In this document: positions 12,500-24,585 of the stretch, in pieces
How the letters are laid out: the number at the start of each line of letters is the position of its first letter
Numbering within the stretch: position 1 is the first letter of the stretch
Source of the DNA: Mobula hypostoma
Lineage: Eukaryota
Direction of reading: 5' to 3'
DNA length: 64,000 nt
Assembly: GCF_963921235.1 (NCBI RefSeq)
Contig: NC_086108.1
Location: 31,436,001-31,500,000, forward strand
Notes under the pieces: model-generated
What the model saw: the letters and a program-made list of their open reading frames with translations, nothing else
Database searches by the model: none
What the model was told of the DNA's origin: nothing
Translations under genes and position numbers: made by a program

Positions 12500-14075
12500 A
12501 AAGCAACACAAACTAAAACCTGGAGGTACTCAGCAGGTCAGACAGTATCTATAGAGATGAATAAACAGTTAACATTTCGGGCCGGGACCCTTCTCTAGGA
12601 CTGGAAAGATGACAGAATAAAGAGGTGAGGGGAGGGGAAGGCAGATAGCTAGAAGGTGATAGGTGATAGAGGGGAAGGAGTCTGATAGGAGAGGAGAGTG
12701 GACCATAGGAGAAAGAGAAAGAGAGGGCCGGGGGAGGTGAGAAGAGTTAAGAGACCAGAGTGGGGAATAGAAGAGAGGAGAAGGAGAGGGAATTTTTTTT
12801 TACCGGAAGGAGAAATCTATATTGATGCTATCAGGTTGGAGGCTACCCTGATGGAAGATAGGGCTTTGCTCCTCCACTCTGAGGGTGGCTTCATTGTGGC
12901 ATAAGAGGAGGTCATGGAGCCACATGTCGGAACAGGAATGGGAATTAGAAATAAAATCTTTGGCCACCAGGAAATTCTGCATTTGGCAAGTGAAGCAGAG
13001 GTGCTCAACGAATCAGTCCCCCGATTAACAACAGGCCTCACCAATGTAGAGGAGGCCACATTGGGAGCACCGGACACAATAGATCCCAGCAGATCCATAG
13101 GTGTTTGGGGTCCTGAGTGGAGATGACATGAGACAAAGTGGGAAGAAGTATAGTCAAGATAACCATGGGAATCTATAGCCTTATGAAAGATTTCAGTTGA
13201 CAGTTTGCCTCCAGAGATGGAGACAAAAAGATTGAGAAAGCGGAGGAAGGTGTCAGAAATGGACCAAGTGGATTTAAAGGCAGGATGGAAGTTCGAGGAA
13301 AAGTTGATTAAATTGTCAAGCTGAGCATGGCTGCATGAAACTACATTAATGCAGTCATGAAAGTAGTGGAGGAATAGTTAGGGAGGATTATCAGGGAAGG
13401 CCTGGAACATGAACTGTTCTACATAGCCAACGAAAATGCATGCATAGCTGGGGCCCATTTGGATGCCCATGGCTACCCTACAAGTTTGAAGAAAGTGGGA
13501 GGAGTCAAAGGAAAAATGGTTGAGAGTGAGGACTAGTTCTGCCAGAAGGAGGAGGGTGGTAGTGGAGGGGAACGTCGGTTCTCTTATTGGGAAAGAAATG
13601 GAGGGTTTAAGGCCTTCTTTATGGGAAATAGAAGTATATAGGGACTGGACATACTTGGTGAAAATGGGCAGTCAGGGCCAGGGGATTGAAAGTTAGTGAA
13701 GGGATTGAGAGTATGCAAAGTGTCACCAATGTAGGTGGGAGGGCATTGAACCAAGGGGTACAGAATGGAGTTGAGGTATGAAGACACGAGTTCAGTGGGG
13801 CAGGAGCAGGCAGAGACAATGGGTCTACGCAAACAGTCAAGTCTGTGGATCTTGGGTAGGAGGTGGAAGTGAGCAGCATGGGGTAAGGAAACTATGAGTT
13901 TGGTGGTAGTGGATGGGAGTTCTCCAGGGTTGATAAACTCAGTGATATTGTCGGAGACAATTTTCTGATGGTCCGGAGTGGGATTCGCTTCAAGGGGTAG
14001 GTATGAGGAGGTGTCTGAGAGTTGCCCCCCCCTGGCCTCAGCAAGATAGAGGTCCAATTGCCACACTGGAACAGC
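12500..14075 (-). mobile_element. Degenerate Penelope-like element (RT and GIY-YIG remnants)
   Basis: Minus ORFs FHLLPKIHRLDCLRRPIVSACSCPTE (RT N-terminal part) and EATLRVEEQSPIFHQGSLQPDSINIDFS (C-terminus); same 3' terminus as 55349-55500. Confidence 0.85.
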
Positions 14076-14330
14076 TCCCCTTTGTCTGATTTGATGTTAA
14101 GATTGAGTCTATTTAGATACTGTAATATGCGTTGAACTTTCCTAACATATGTAGAAAATCTAATGTTAACTTGCTTTAAAATACAATCAGGTTCCCAAGC
14201 ACACCCTTGAATTTGCATATGGATGGTTAAGCTATAACTAAAATCAATTTATTTGTATGCATACTGCTCAGCTGAAGCTACTCCAGTCTTCTCGGTTACT
14301 TAAGTTGTCTATTTAGTATGTCATACTTAC

Positions 14331-14634
14331 CTGGCTTCTGCTACAGTCTCCACAGTTCCCTCTCATTGCCATCTCTTGTCCTGCTCCAGGCTTTTCTCAG
14401 TCTCCATCCTTGAACATCGAGTGACCAGGGGGAGCTGGACCTCAATAAAATGTTGCCTCATTCACCACTTCAAAGAGGCCCTGCCCCTTGTGCACACTGA
14501 CCACCTTTGACAGGTAAGGCTGGTGGTGGAGCCACACCTCGTATTAAGCTGGGAGCTATGCTTAGAGATTTTGTATCTCCCTGATATTCTGAGGCATTTG
14601 CATCATTGAGATAGCTGTACAGGGTAAAAATCAC
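14331..14634 (-). other. Candidate host exon (5' UTR or non-coding, possibly ending in a 14-codon start)
   Basis: Minus-strand acceptor TTTTTATTTTCAATTTTTAAG| and perfect donor CCAG|GTAAGTAT; ATG in Kozak-like context at 14372 gives MAMRGNCGDCSRSQ, phase 0. No transcript evidence. Confidence 0.35.
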
Positions 14635-14899
14635 CTTAAAAATTGAAAATAAAAACTATATTTATATTATTATATATAGAATATATAATATAAAAATTAT
14701 ATAAACGCACGGTATATATACTATATAATAGAAAAAACTATACACTATTCCACCTAATCTCCAGGTTAGGATTCCCTGTTCAAATGTAATAGCAAAATGG
14801 GACATTCTTAAGATAAAGATTTTTGATGCACAATCAGCCATGTTCTTATTGGTGGAAGGGTAAGGGAGCCAAAGACTCCATGATTATCCTTTTAATGAA

Positions 14900-15600
14900 G
14901 AAAGAAAACATGATGACTCAAAAAGCAGATATATGAAGTTTGTCAAGCGAATTTCTCAGGTGACAATATACTGTAGGTTGACTGGGAAGTTGAGGCTGAT
15001 AAAAAGAATGGGAGTAAAATGACATAAAAGGAAACCCGAAATCTTGTATCAGCATGGAAGCTACGAAGCTAGTAAGGAAAGGTGGGGAAAGATCTTTAGA
15101 GAAAATCAAAATGGTATACTTATATGATGAGAGGAAGATGGAATATGAAATGAGTATTATAATTTACATCGGTATTTACCATGGAAGTGGATACTGAGAA
15201 AATATCAGTAGAAACAGAGATGAGAAGACTAATGTAGAGAGTGGAAGCTGATGAACAAGATGTGCTGGAAAGGCTAGCTCAGCGTAGAGTGGGTAAGTCA
15301 TCTGGTCCATATGGATTACATCCCAGCATGTAAAGGAAAGTGGGTGTGCCTAGAGCAGAAGTGGTTACCATAATCTTCCAGTCTTCCCTAGATATAGGGA
15401 ATGCAATATCTTTGTTCAAGGAAGGCTGTATGGATGTTCTTTATGATTACAGATTAGTCCATTTAGCCTCAGTAGAAGGGAAATCAATTAATGCGCTTGG
15501 AGAGGTTTGAGTAAAGGGGAACCAGCATGGATTTGTGAAAGGGGTGAATGAAAGGAATTCACTGGATGTTGTTTATATCGAGCATAGACCAGGCTTGTCT
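14900..15600 (+). mobile_element. Old, highly degenerate CR1 fragment
   Basis: GTAAGTCATCTGGTCCATATGGATTACATCCCAG (KSPGPDGLHP-like) and CAGCATGGATTTGTGAAAGG (QHGFVKG). Confidence 0.65.
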
Positions 15601-15799
15601 GCCTATTACTAGATTAGATTAGATTATGAGGACACACAGTCCTCTTTTATTGTCATTTAGTAATGCATGCATTAAGAAATGATACAATGTTTTTCCAGAA
15701 TGATATCACGGAAACACATGACAAACCGACTTAAAAACTAAGAAAAACCACATAATTATAACATATAGTTACAACAGTGCAAAACAATACCATAATTAT

Positions 15800-16770
15800 G
15801 TCTGTGCCAACTACAATGCCAATTGAAACTGTGGATCCACCTGCACGTGGTCAATATCCTTCCGTTCCCTGCCTGCTCACGTGTCTATCTGAATGCTTCT
15901 TAAACATTGCTGATCCTGTTGGGGGGTCATGCTCATCACGTCCTGATGAAAGGGTTCCACTGTTTATTCTCTTCCACAGATGCTGCTTGATTTGCTACAT
16001 TCTTCCAGCACTTTATGTGGATTGCTCAAGATTTCCAACATCTGCAGAACCTCTTATGTTTAAATATTGTTGTCATAGCTGGTTCCACCACTTCCCCTGG
16101 CAGCATGTTCTGGGCACCTACACTCATTGTGAAAAAAATCCTTGCTGTGTAAACCTCCTTTAACCTTCCTGCCCCCCCCCCACCACATATACACACACAC
16201 ACACACACACTTTAAAACTATACCTTAGGTGTTTGACATTTCCATCCCAGGGGTAAAGGCTCTGACTATCTATCCCCATCTCTCACTCCAGAGTAAACAG
16301 TCTAAGTTTGTCAAACCTCTCTTTATCACCTGCTCTCCAGCCCCAACCAATGTGTGGCCCAGTCTGCACATTCCCCGAAGCTATATCCTTCCTGTCACCC
16401 AGTGACCAGAATTGTATGCGAAGTGCAGCCTAACCAAAGTGCTATATAGCTGCCACATGACTTCCTGCCTTTATACTCAACACCCCACCAGTAAAGGCAA
16501 CTAGCCACTTTCCTTCTTGATCACAATGTCTTCTTGTATTGTCATGTTCAGGGAGTTATGGACTTGCATCCCAAGATCCCAATATACATCAATACTCCCT
16601 GGAACCCTGCTATTTACTGTGTACTTTCCTCTTACATTTGACTTTACCAAGTGCAGCAGGTCAGAATTTTCCTAATCAAACTCCATCTCCATTTCTCTGC
16701 TCATATTTCCAACTGATCTATATCCTGCCAGATCTTTTGACAACCTTCCTCACTGTCCATAACTCCCTCC
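15800..16770 (-). mobile_element. Degenerate CR1 3' portion, carrying a Penelope-terminus insertion at 15913-16059
   Basis: Reverse-strand CR1 3' motifs (TTCCACCACTTCCCCTGGCAGCATGTTC; GTGACCAGAATTG). Insertion flanked by TTAAA(C/T)ATTG(C/T)TG. Confidence 0.7.
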
Positions 16771-16779
16771 ATTGTTTGC

Positions 16780-17790
16780 ATTGTCTGGACTTCAGCTAAA
16801 TGTTTGATGAAGCACCACACAAAAGACAAATGAATAAAGTTGACATTCAGAGAATTGGTCAATGTTCATTTGCATTTGAAGCTGTTGAACATATGAACAT
16901 TGTAGATGACACCAAGATTGGGGACGTAGTGGACAGCAAGGAAGGCTATCAATGCTTGCAGCAGGATCTGGGCCAGCTGGAAAATGGGCTGAATAAAATG
17001 GCAGATGGAATTTGATGCAGGCAAGTGTGACGGGTTGCACTTTGGCAGGATAATCAGGATAGGACATAGACGTTGAAAGGTAGAGTATTGAGTAGTGCAG
17101 TAGAAAAGTAGGATCTGGGAATACAAATCCATAATTCCCTGAAATGGTGTCACAAGTAACTAGGGTCATAAGTAAGGTGTACATATATCAGAGCATTGAG
17201 TACAAGAGTGGGATGATATGGTGAAGTTGTATAAGATGTTAGTGAGGCAAAATTTGGAATAATATGTACTGTTCTGGTCACCTACCCACAGAAAGGATAT
17301 CAATAAGATTGAAAGAGTACAGAGAAAATTTACAAGGCTGTTGCTGGGACCTGAGTTATAGGGAAAGGTTGAATAGGTTAAAACTTTATTCTCTAGAGTG
17401 TAGGAAATAAGGAGAAATTGTATAGAGGTATTCAAAATTGTGAGGGGTATAGATAGGGTAAGTGCAAGCAGGCTTTTTCCACTGATGTTGGTAAGGCACG
17501 AACTGGAGATTATAGGTCAAAGGTGAAAGTTGAAATATTTAAGGGGAACTTGAGAGGAATGCTCTTCACTCACAAGTTGGTGCAAATGTGCAACGAGCCA
17601 CCAGCAGAAATGGAGGATGTGGGTTTGATTGCAACATTAAGAGAAGTCTGGATAAGTACATGGATGGGGGGGTGCATGGAGGGCATGGTTCAAGTGCAGG
17701 TTAATGGAACTAGGCAGAATAATGGTTCAGTATGGACTCAATGGGCTGAAGGGCTCTTTTCTGTGCTGTAGTACTCTGTGACGATAAGTA
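16780..17790 (+). mobile_element. Degenerate CR1 RT and 3' end
   Basis: DDTKIGDVVDSKEGYQCLQQDL; GTGAGGCAAAATTTGGAATAAT (VRPNLEY-like); CR1-type 3' UTR. Confidence 0.8.
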
Positions 17791-18059
17791 GATAAGATAA
17801 ATCATTTTTTCCTGATTCAAATAGACAGTATTGCTTTACAAAGACCACTGTTTTTATGGATATAAATGCGAAAGATTTAAGTATTGGAATACAGAGTAAA
17901 AATGCATAATTTTCCCAAAAGCAAAATTGGAAGTGGAAAAGAAGTGAGGCAAATGCCAGTTGGCTGTAACAAGAGATGGGTAAGTAGCAGAGTGTTTATC
18001 ACTGGTGAGGTCGCTCTGCACGGAGAGGAGAGACTGGCTTCTTATCACTGGTGAGTTCA

Positions 18060-18385
18060 CTCTGCTACGGAGAGGGAGAATGTTGCCCTGGTTTTCTGCA
18101 TTTTGAATGTGGACTTGGACTGTGGACTTTTTCCAGCATTATGGATTTTTTCTGAATTCTGTGTTTTTCCCCCCAATCTCTCTTGTTTGTTCTTTGTGTG
18201 TGCAGGGGGGGGGATTTTGGGGTCAACGTGCCTGTTCTATTTCTGTTCATTATTTTTGAGCGGGATTTGGGGGTTGACAATCGTGCTGCCTTTCTTTTCT
18301 TTCTTGGTTTCATGACTGTCTGGAGACGAAGAATTTCAGAGTTGTATACTTTGATAATAAAAGAACCTTTGAATCTTTGAACATT
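18060..18385 (+). repeat. Non-coding interspersed repeat with (TTTGAA)-type tail
   Basis: Ends AAGAATTTCAGAGTTGTATACTTTGATAATAAAAGAACCTTTGAATCTTTGAA; related ends at 29020-29155, 33205-33485 and (minus) 42740-43465. Confidence 0.6.
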
Positions 18386-19199
18386 TGAAAACTGTCTTCA
18401 GTTTTAATAAAATTACAGAACATGCTGGAACCACTCAGCGGGTCATGCCACTTTCATTGGAAATGAAACAGATATTGCTTTGAGTCAAAGATCCTGTGAG
18501 AGAACGGGGAAGGAGACAACAATAATTTGTTAAGTTGTACAGAGGGTGGGAGAGAGGGATTGTCTCTGACAAGGTAAAACCAGGGTAACTTGAGGATAGG
18601 CAGCAACTAAATTTATCTGGTGAATGTCTGCGTGGGAGCTGTGAGAACATAAGCAAAAGACTGCAGGAATTCTCAGATCCATTACTACCTAATTCCACTT
18701 CATTAATCCAGATTGAAACAGTCATTAAATTTTGATTTTGTTATCAATAACAACTTTAGGTATTGAAATGCTGAAGCTGTTGGGAAAAACGTTAGTTCTC
18801 TGCTATTAGATAGAGCAGTGTTTCCTATTCAATTACAAAGGCAGGAACATACTTGTGTCATGTGCATGGCTGGATCACTTGTGTCCAATATACTGTAAAT
18901 CTAATGATAAACAGACTGGGGTTCTGATATTAAGACTGCCACAGTAAAGGCCAATGAGGCTTGTAAGATTCTACCTCTCTTTCACTGCCCATTCTTCACA
19001 ATGGCTGCAGTTTGTATCATCTACAAAATATATTATCATTACTCGCCCAGGCCGCTCTGACAAAATCTCCCAAATCTATGAGCTCTGCCACTAAGATGTG
19101 CAAAGGCAGCAAGCACAGGGGAACACCACCACCTACAGGTTTCTCTCTAAGTTACACCAGCCTGACCTGAACACTTATTACTGGTCTTTTATTGCTGAA

Positions 19200-19892
19200 A
19201 GAAGTGGTAGGAAATGTCTCCTCAGCCGTTAGTGACAGTAGGCAACTCCACTAATGCAGAAAGCCCATAGCCTTTGACAAAGCTGGAGAACAACCACAGT
19301 CTCAGCCCAGATCACCAGCAGGCTTGCCCACCATGGCATCTGACTGGCAACTAATATCGATCTGGGCAATCAATTAAAGTTCTCTGACTTCTTTACATCA
19401 TCATCCCTGAGGTCTGACATGGTCATTCTGTCAGAAACCTCAAAGCATGTTGTTATGGTAGAACTGACAGTTCCTGGGAAGACCAGATTGAGGAGGTGTT
19501 CAAGCATAAGAAAGCCAAATACCAGGAGCTGGTAGAGCAGTGCCAAAGACAGAGGTGTGGGTACAATGCAACCCTCTAGAGGTGGGATGTTGGGGTTTTG
19601 CTGGCCACTCACTGTGCAGAACCTACTCTCTCCTTGGTATTATGAGGGCTGCAAAGAAAAAAGCCATCAGGGTCATTACAGAGGCTGCTGAGAGAGCCTC
19701 CAAATGGCTATGAATCAAGAGGTGTGACTCATGGACACACGATGCTGGGACACAAACCAGGGCCTGATCAACCCTGGCTGGGTCACCTGGGCAAGAGTGT
19801 CTGATGGTGAAAGACCCGAAACACCCGACGACCCCAGGTTATAACATTGATAATGTGTCTCAGCGCATCCCAGGACATATCTCTGCATCTAC
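19200..19892 (+). mobile_element. HERO/R2-type LINE 3' end (restriction-like endonuclease), inserted in an older LINE tail
   Basis: Reads LRSDMVILSETSKHVVMVELTVP / KKAKYQELVEQC / PLEVGCWGFAGHSL / KKAIRVITEAAERASKWL, matching the RLE PD..E..KY..EVG.G motif set. The older LINE 3' sequence at 18980-19200 resumes at about 19900-20050. Confidence 0.8.
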
Positions 19893-20539
19893 CTGATCTA
19901 TGTCCTTGAACACTCTACTTAACATCACTGAGGGAAGGCTTTTACCTGAAGGAATACAGAGATTCTAAAATGCAGATTGCTGCAGTATGTCAAGGGCACT
20001 TAGGGATGGGCAGCAAATGCTGGACTTCCCACTCACCAATGCCTAATGCACATAAAAACAGTTTTCAAAGAAAACACACCCAGAAAGATGATATCTTAAT
20101 CGTCTGGCTCTAGATATAATTTGATCTTAACCCTGTTCCAAATTTCCAAAAGCAAAATACTTGCAGAAAAATCAGAAAACATTGAGACTGTTCAGTAAAA
20201 TAAGCATCTGTAGAGAGAAAAATAAAAGGAGTTAATGTTCGGGCTTGATTACCGTCTATTAGCTGTGCTTGTGTTGAGCTCCAGTGATAGAACATCTTCC
20301 TGAAGGTAGACAGACTAATAGGGAAACTAGAGTTGTGTGCTTTCAATGCTAAATTCAGTCATTTCAGATAATCAACCAATCCAATCTTATATTTCCTGCA
20401 TTCATTTTTCACTCTCTCTCTCTCTACTTGTGCTGTTTTACACATTATATATCCCTTCCCATTCACGCCAAGTGTTAAATAAGAAAAAAAGATTTGTTTA
20501 CACAGTGAGTAGAAAGGCCATGAATCAAATACAATTGAA

Positions 20540-20912
20540 TATTGAAAGGCCTCAATATAGCCTCTCCTCAGGATGTGGAGAGGATGTTTCCTATGGTGGG
20601 AGAGTCTAGGACCAGAGGGGACCACCTCAGAACAGAGGGATGTCCATTTAGAACAGAGATGAGAAGGAATTCTTTTCGCCAGAGAGTGGTGAATCTGTGG
20701 AATTTGTTGTCACAGGAGGCTACGTAGGCCAAGACATTGGGTATACAGTATTTAAGGCAGATGTTGATTAGTCAGGGCATGAAGGGTTAAGGGGAAAAGG
20801 GCCAGTGATTGAGGCTGAGAGGGAAATGGATCAGCCAATGATGGAATGGTGGAGCCGACTCAATGGGGCACATGGACTAATTCTTCTCCAATGTCTTATG
20901 GTCATATGGTCA
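20540..20912 (+). mobile_element. CR1 3' end
   Basis: DVERMFPMVGESRTRG..FRTEMRRN.F.QRVVNLWN; TCTTATGG tail. Confidence 0.85.
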
Positions 20913-22419
20913 GTACCAGAGGGAGCAACTGGGAGGATTCATTCATGGAATTCAGAAGGAGATAAGATAGGAAGTACTTGAAACAAAATATACTTGTAGG
21001 TTGTGGGACTAACTAGGTTGCTGTTCGCTGAAGCCTGTACAGACATGCCAGGTTGAATTGCTTCCTTCGATGCTGGAACCCCTCTCCTGAAAAAAAATCT
21101 TCCATTATTCACTATTTGGTACCACCACCATTTGCCTTAGTCACTCTCCCCTAGTCCACATCCTCTCACAGATAGTCCCTTTCTATTCCCTCCAGCCCCT
21201 CACACTGACACCTCTCCCAACAATACCACCTACCCCAAACTCACACCCCTTCTCCAAAACAACTCACAACACCCCCATTTCCCTGCAGTTTAGAAGCTGC
21301 TTTAACTCAAATGTTTTCCAGTACCGGTACAAGACCAAGGGGCCTGGGCCATTAACTCTGTGTCTCTCTCCACAGATGCTGCTACTGCTGAGAATTTTCA
21401 CCATTTTCTGATTTTACTTCAGCATTCCATCCTGCTTGCACAGACTTTACAATGTCACTATCTGCCCACTATATCTACCCATTGACATACATTGAGGTTG
21501 TGTTTGAGTGAGCTGTCAAATTTAAAATGAGTGGTATAGTACCAATGCAGTAGTGAAAAATATTTGTTGCAGTGATTTGTATCTGGAAATCTACTGGAAG
21601 CAGATTCAATAATAAAATTCCAAATGAAAATTGGATCTATACTCCAATAGGAAAAGGATTGCATGACTGCAGAAAAAGCAACAGACCAGGAGTATCTTGA
21701 AAGATCTTTTCTAGGCTAGGTACAGATATGATGGGTTGAGTAGTCTGTCTCTGTACTTTTCATTCTTTGATTCTCTGATCTTAGAGTGAACTCAGCCAAT
21801 TGGAGATGCTGAGTCAACCAAGTAGAAGGGGGAGATCATCTGAACTTCTCACACTCAAGGTAAAAGTGCATCCAGTTACCATCATCCACCCACTTGCTCA
21901 TTTCAGAAAGAATGCCTTTGTTCAGTATTCACTATCTGACTTTTAACTTGTGGCAGAGTCAGACTGGCAATTGTCGAAGAAAACAGGAAACTCCATCAGA
22001 TGCTGTTGCTTTGGTGAGGTTTTTGCACACAGCATTGGTGGCACAGAATGCTTGTTGCCTGGCAACTGAACCAATATGAGTTATTGTAATAGGAAATATT
22101 ATGATTGAGGCATAAAAGGAAGGCATAGGGTTGTTTGAATGTAGAGAGGCCCTAATTTGGCTAGCACCTGAAAGGGATGAGGAGATCAAAGTGCTAAATT
22201 AACCTTTGGGCCTGTTGATTACAATCTAAGTAGCATCTCATTGCATGCCCACTATATTGATATCTGTATACAGTCGGGGCATGCCAGGAGCCTGTTGCCT
22301 GCAAATAACAGAGTCGAATAAAGCAATTCATAAACGCATTTTAAAGGTAGCTTATCTGCACATGTGTTAAAGAAGAGTTAGAACACCTCTACTTCCTCAG
22401 AAGGCTACAGAAATTTGGT

Positions 22420-23370
22420 ATGGTCCCATTGACCCCCACCAGTTTTTAATAGATACACCATAAAAAGCATCCTATCTGCATCCATCACAGCTTGATATGT
22501 CAACTGTTCTTCCTGAAGCAGGAAGGGTAGATGGAGCTCGTCAGCCTGGGAAGGCAGTCCATCTAAGAGAGGGAAAACTCTGATTTCAAACCTCCGCTGC
22601 CTTGCGGCCATACCCACTCATGGGAAAGGCTTCGGGAGTAAACCCTGAGGACAAATCTGGAGCTGGAGTCCCTAAGGCAGACCAATGTTGCCTTCAACCT
22701 CGTTCTGGCAACCCCTGCGATGACACTGGTCCCAAGCTGTATCGGACCTTGCCCTTCCCTTGGACAACATTGGTATGGTGAAGAGGGGAGACTTGCAGCA
22801 TGGGCAACTGCCGGACTTCCATACAACCTTGCCCAGGCCTGCGCCCTGGAGAGGACACTCCTACGTCGCCTCTAAAGCAGACTTTCCAGGCACAGATCCA
22901 TGGTCTCACGAGACTAACGGATGCTACCAATCTTCCTGAAACCACAAGAAACTACAGAAGGTTGTGGACACAGCTCAGCACATCATGAAAACCGTCCTCC
23001 TCTCCATGATCTCGGTCAATAATTCTCGTTGCCTTGCTTCCCCCCCCCCACCCTGCCCCCCCCACAACATCGGGCAGAATATACAAAAGCCTGATACAAA
23101 CTTTCTACCAGACTCAAGATCAGTTTCAATCCTACTATTAAGACTATTGAACAGACTTCCTGTTGATAAGGAGGACTTGTGACCTCACAGTCTACCTTGT
23201 CATGGCCTTGCCCCTTATTGTTTGTCTCTGTAACTGTAACACTCTATTCTACATTCTATTTTTGTTTTCTATTGTACTTCTTCAATGTACCAATGTGATG
23301 AAATGGTCTGTATGTATGGCATGCAAAACCAAGTTTGTTTCTGTACCTTGGCACATGGAACAATAACAAG
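22420..23370 (+). mobile_element. Rex1/Babar-type LINE 3' fragment, interrupted at 22518-22930
   Basis: TTTTAATAGATACACCATAAAAAGCATCCTAT (FYRCTIESIL-like) and KLQKVVDTAQHIM. Confidence 0.65.
22518..22930 (+). mobile_element. RTE-like non-autonomous element with 10-bp TSD
   Basis: TCTTCCTGAA at 22508-22517 and 22931-22940; GC-rich, non-coding; related to the minus-strand element at 52040-52630. The RTE assignment is inferred. Confidence 0.6.
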
Positions 23371-23668
23371 TTAATTGGTTAATCCAGGGAAGAGAGATGC
23401 AACAAGGAAGAAAAGATCCTCAAGGATTTTGGCAGTTGCTTAGATGATCTTGATGGACGATGCAGGAAGATGTCTGAACTTCTCAACAGCCAGGAATGCC
23501 TCTGGACAAGTATTCAAGCACCAGTAGGAACAGGTAACCACAGAGTTCAGAACAAGGCCCAAACAATTTCAATAACCTCACATGAGCAGTCAAAGCTAGC
23601 GAATGCATTTTCAAATGCCATACTCCACCAGTTACACAACTGGTCTCCGCACTGCTCAAAGCACCATA

Positions 23669-24585
23669 CACTCTGTGGCCATTTTATTAGGTACACCTGC
23701 TCGTTAATGCAAATATCTAATCAGCCAATCATGCCATACCAACTAAATGCACAAAAACAGGCAGACATGGTCAGTTGTTGTTCAAACCAAATATTAGAAT
23801 GGGGAAGAAATGTGATCTAAGTGACTTTGACCATGGAATGATTGGCAGTGCCAGACGGGGTGGTTTGATGATCTCTAGAGACTGGTATGTGTTAAAGTCC
23901 CAGGAGATCAATTGCAGATCTTCTGGGATTTTCACATACAATAGTCTCTAGAGTTTACAGAGGATGGTGTGAAAACCAGAAAAACATCCAGTGAGCATCA
24001 GTTTCGAGGTCAAGAACATCTTGTTAATCAAAGAGGTCAGAGGAGAATGACCAGGCTGATTCAAGCTGACAGGAAGGTGACATCAGCAGTGGTATACAGA
24101 GGAGTCGAACAGGAAGGTGACATCAGCAGCGGTATACAGAGGAGTCGAACAGGAAGGTGACATCAGCAGTGGTATACAGAGGAGTCGAACAGGAAGGTGA
24201 CATCAGCAGTGGTATACAGAGGAGTCGAACAGGAAGGTGACATCAGCAGCGGTATACAGAGGAGTCGAACAGGAAGGTGACATCAGCAGTGGTATACAGA
24301 GGAGTCGAACAGGAAGGTGACATCAGCAGCGGTATACAGAGGAGTCGAACAGGAAGGTGACATCAGCAGTGGTATACAGAGGAGTCGAACAGGAAGGTGA
24401 CATCAGCAGCGGTATACAGAGGAGTCGAACAGGAAGGTGACATCAGCAGCGGTATACAGAGGAGTCAAATGCACAACATGTCAAACCTTGAAGTGGATGG
24501 GCGACAGCAGCAGAAGACCACGAACACACACTCAGAAGCCACTTTACTAGGTACAGAAGGTACCTAATAAAGTGGCCACTGAATG
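23669..24585 (+). mobile_element. Tc1-like non-autonomous DNA transposon with both TIRs and TA TSD
   Basis: TA|CACTCTGTGGCCATTTTATTAGGTAC ... GTACCTAATAAAGTGGCCACTGAATG|TA; ATG at 23799 gives MGKKCDLSDFDHGMIGSARRGGL (Tc1 transposase N-terminus); no DDE domain. Confidence 0.88.
24069..24468. repeat. Minisatellite, 10 x 40 bp
   Basis: Unit ACAGGAAGGTGACATCAGCAG(T/C)GGTATACAGAGGAGTCGA repeated head-to-tail with no spacers. Confidence 0.97.

Noticed and set aside
14323..14335. U1 snRNA gene (ATACTTACCTGGC)
   Set aside because: The match ends after 13 nt; better explained as the reverse complement of a splice donor.
19795..19830. Hammerhead in the HERO 3' UTR (CTGATGGTGAAAGACCCGAAAC)
   Set aside because: The core is CUGAUGG, not CUGANGA, and no convincing stem II or cleavage triplet forms.
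24069..24468. CRISPR-like array
   Set aside because: Units are contiguous with no unique spacers, the context is eukaryotic, there are no cas genes, and the unit derives from Tc1 sequence.
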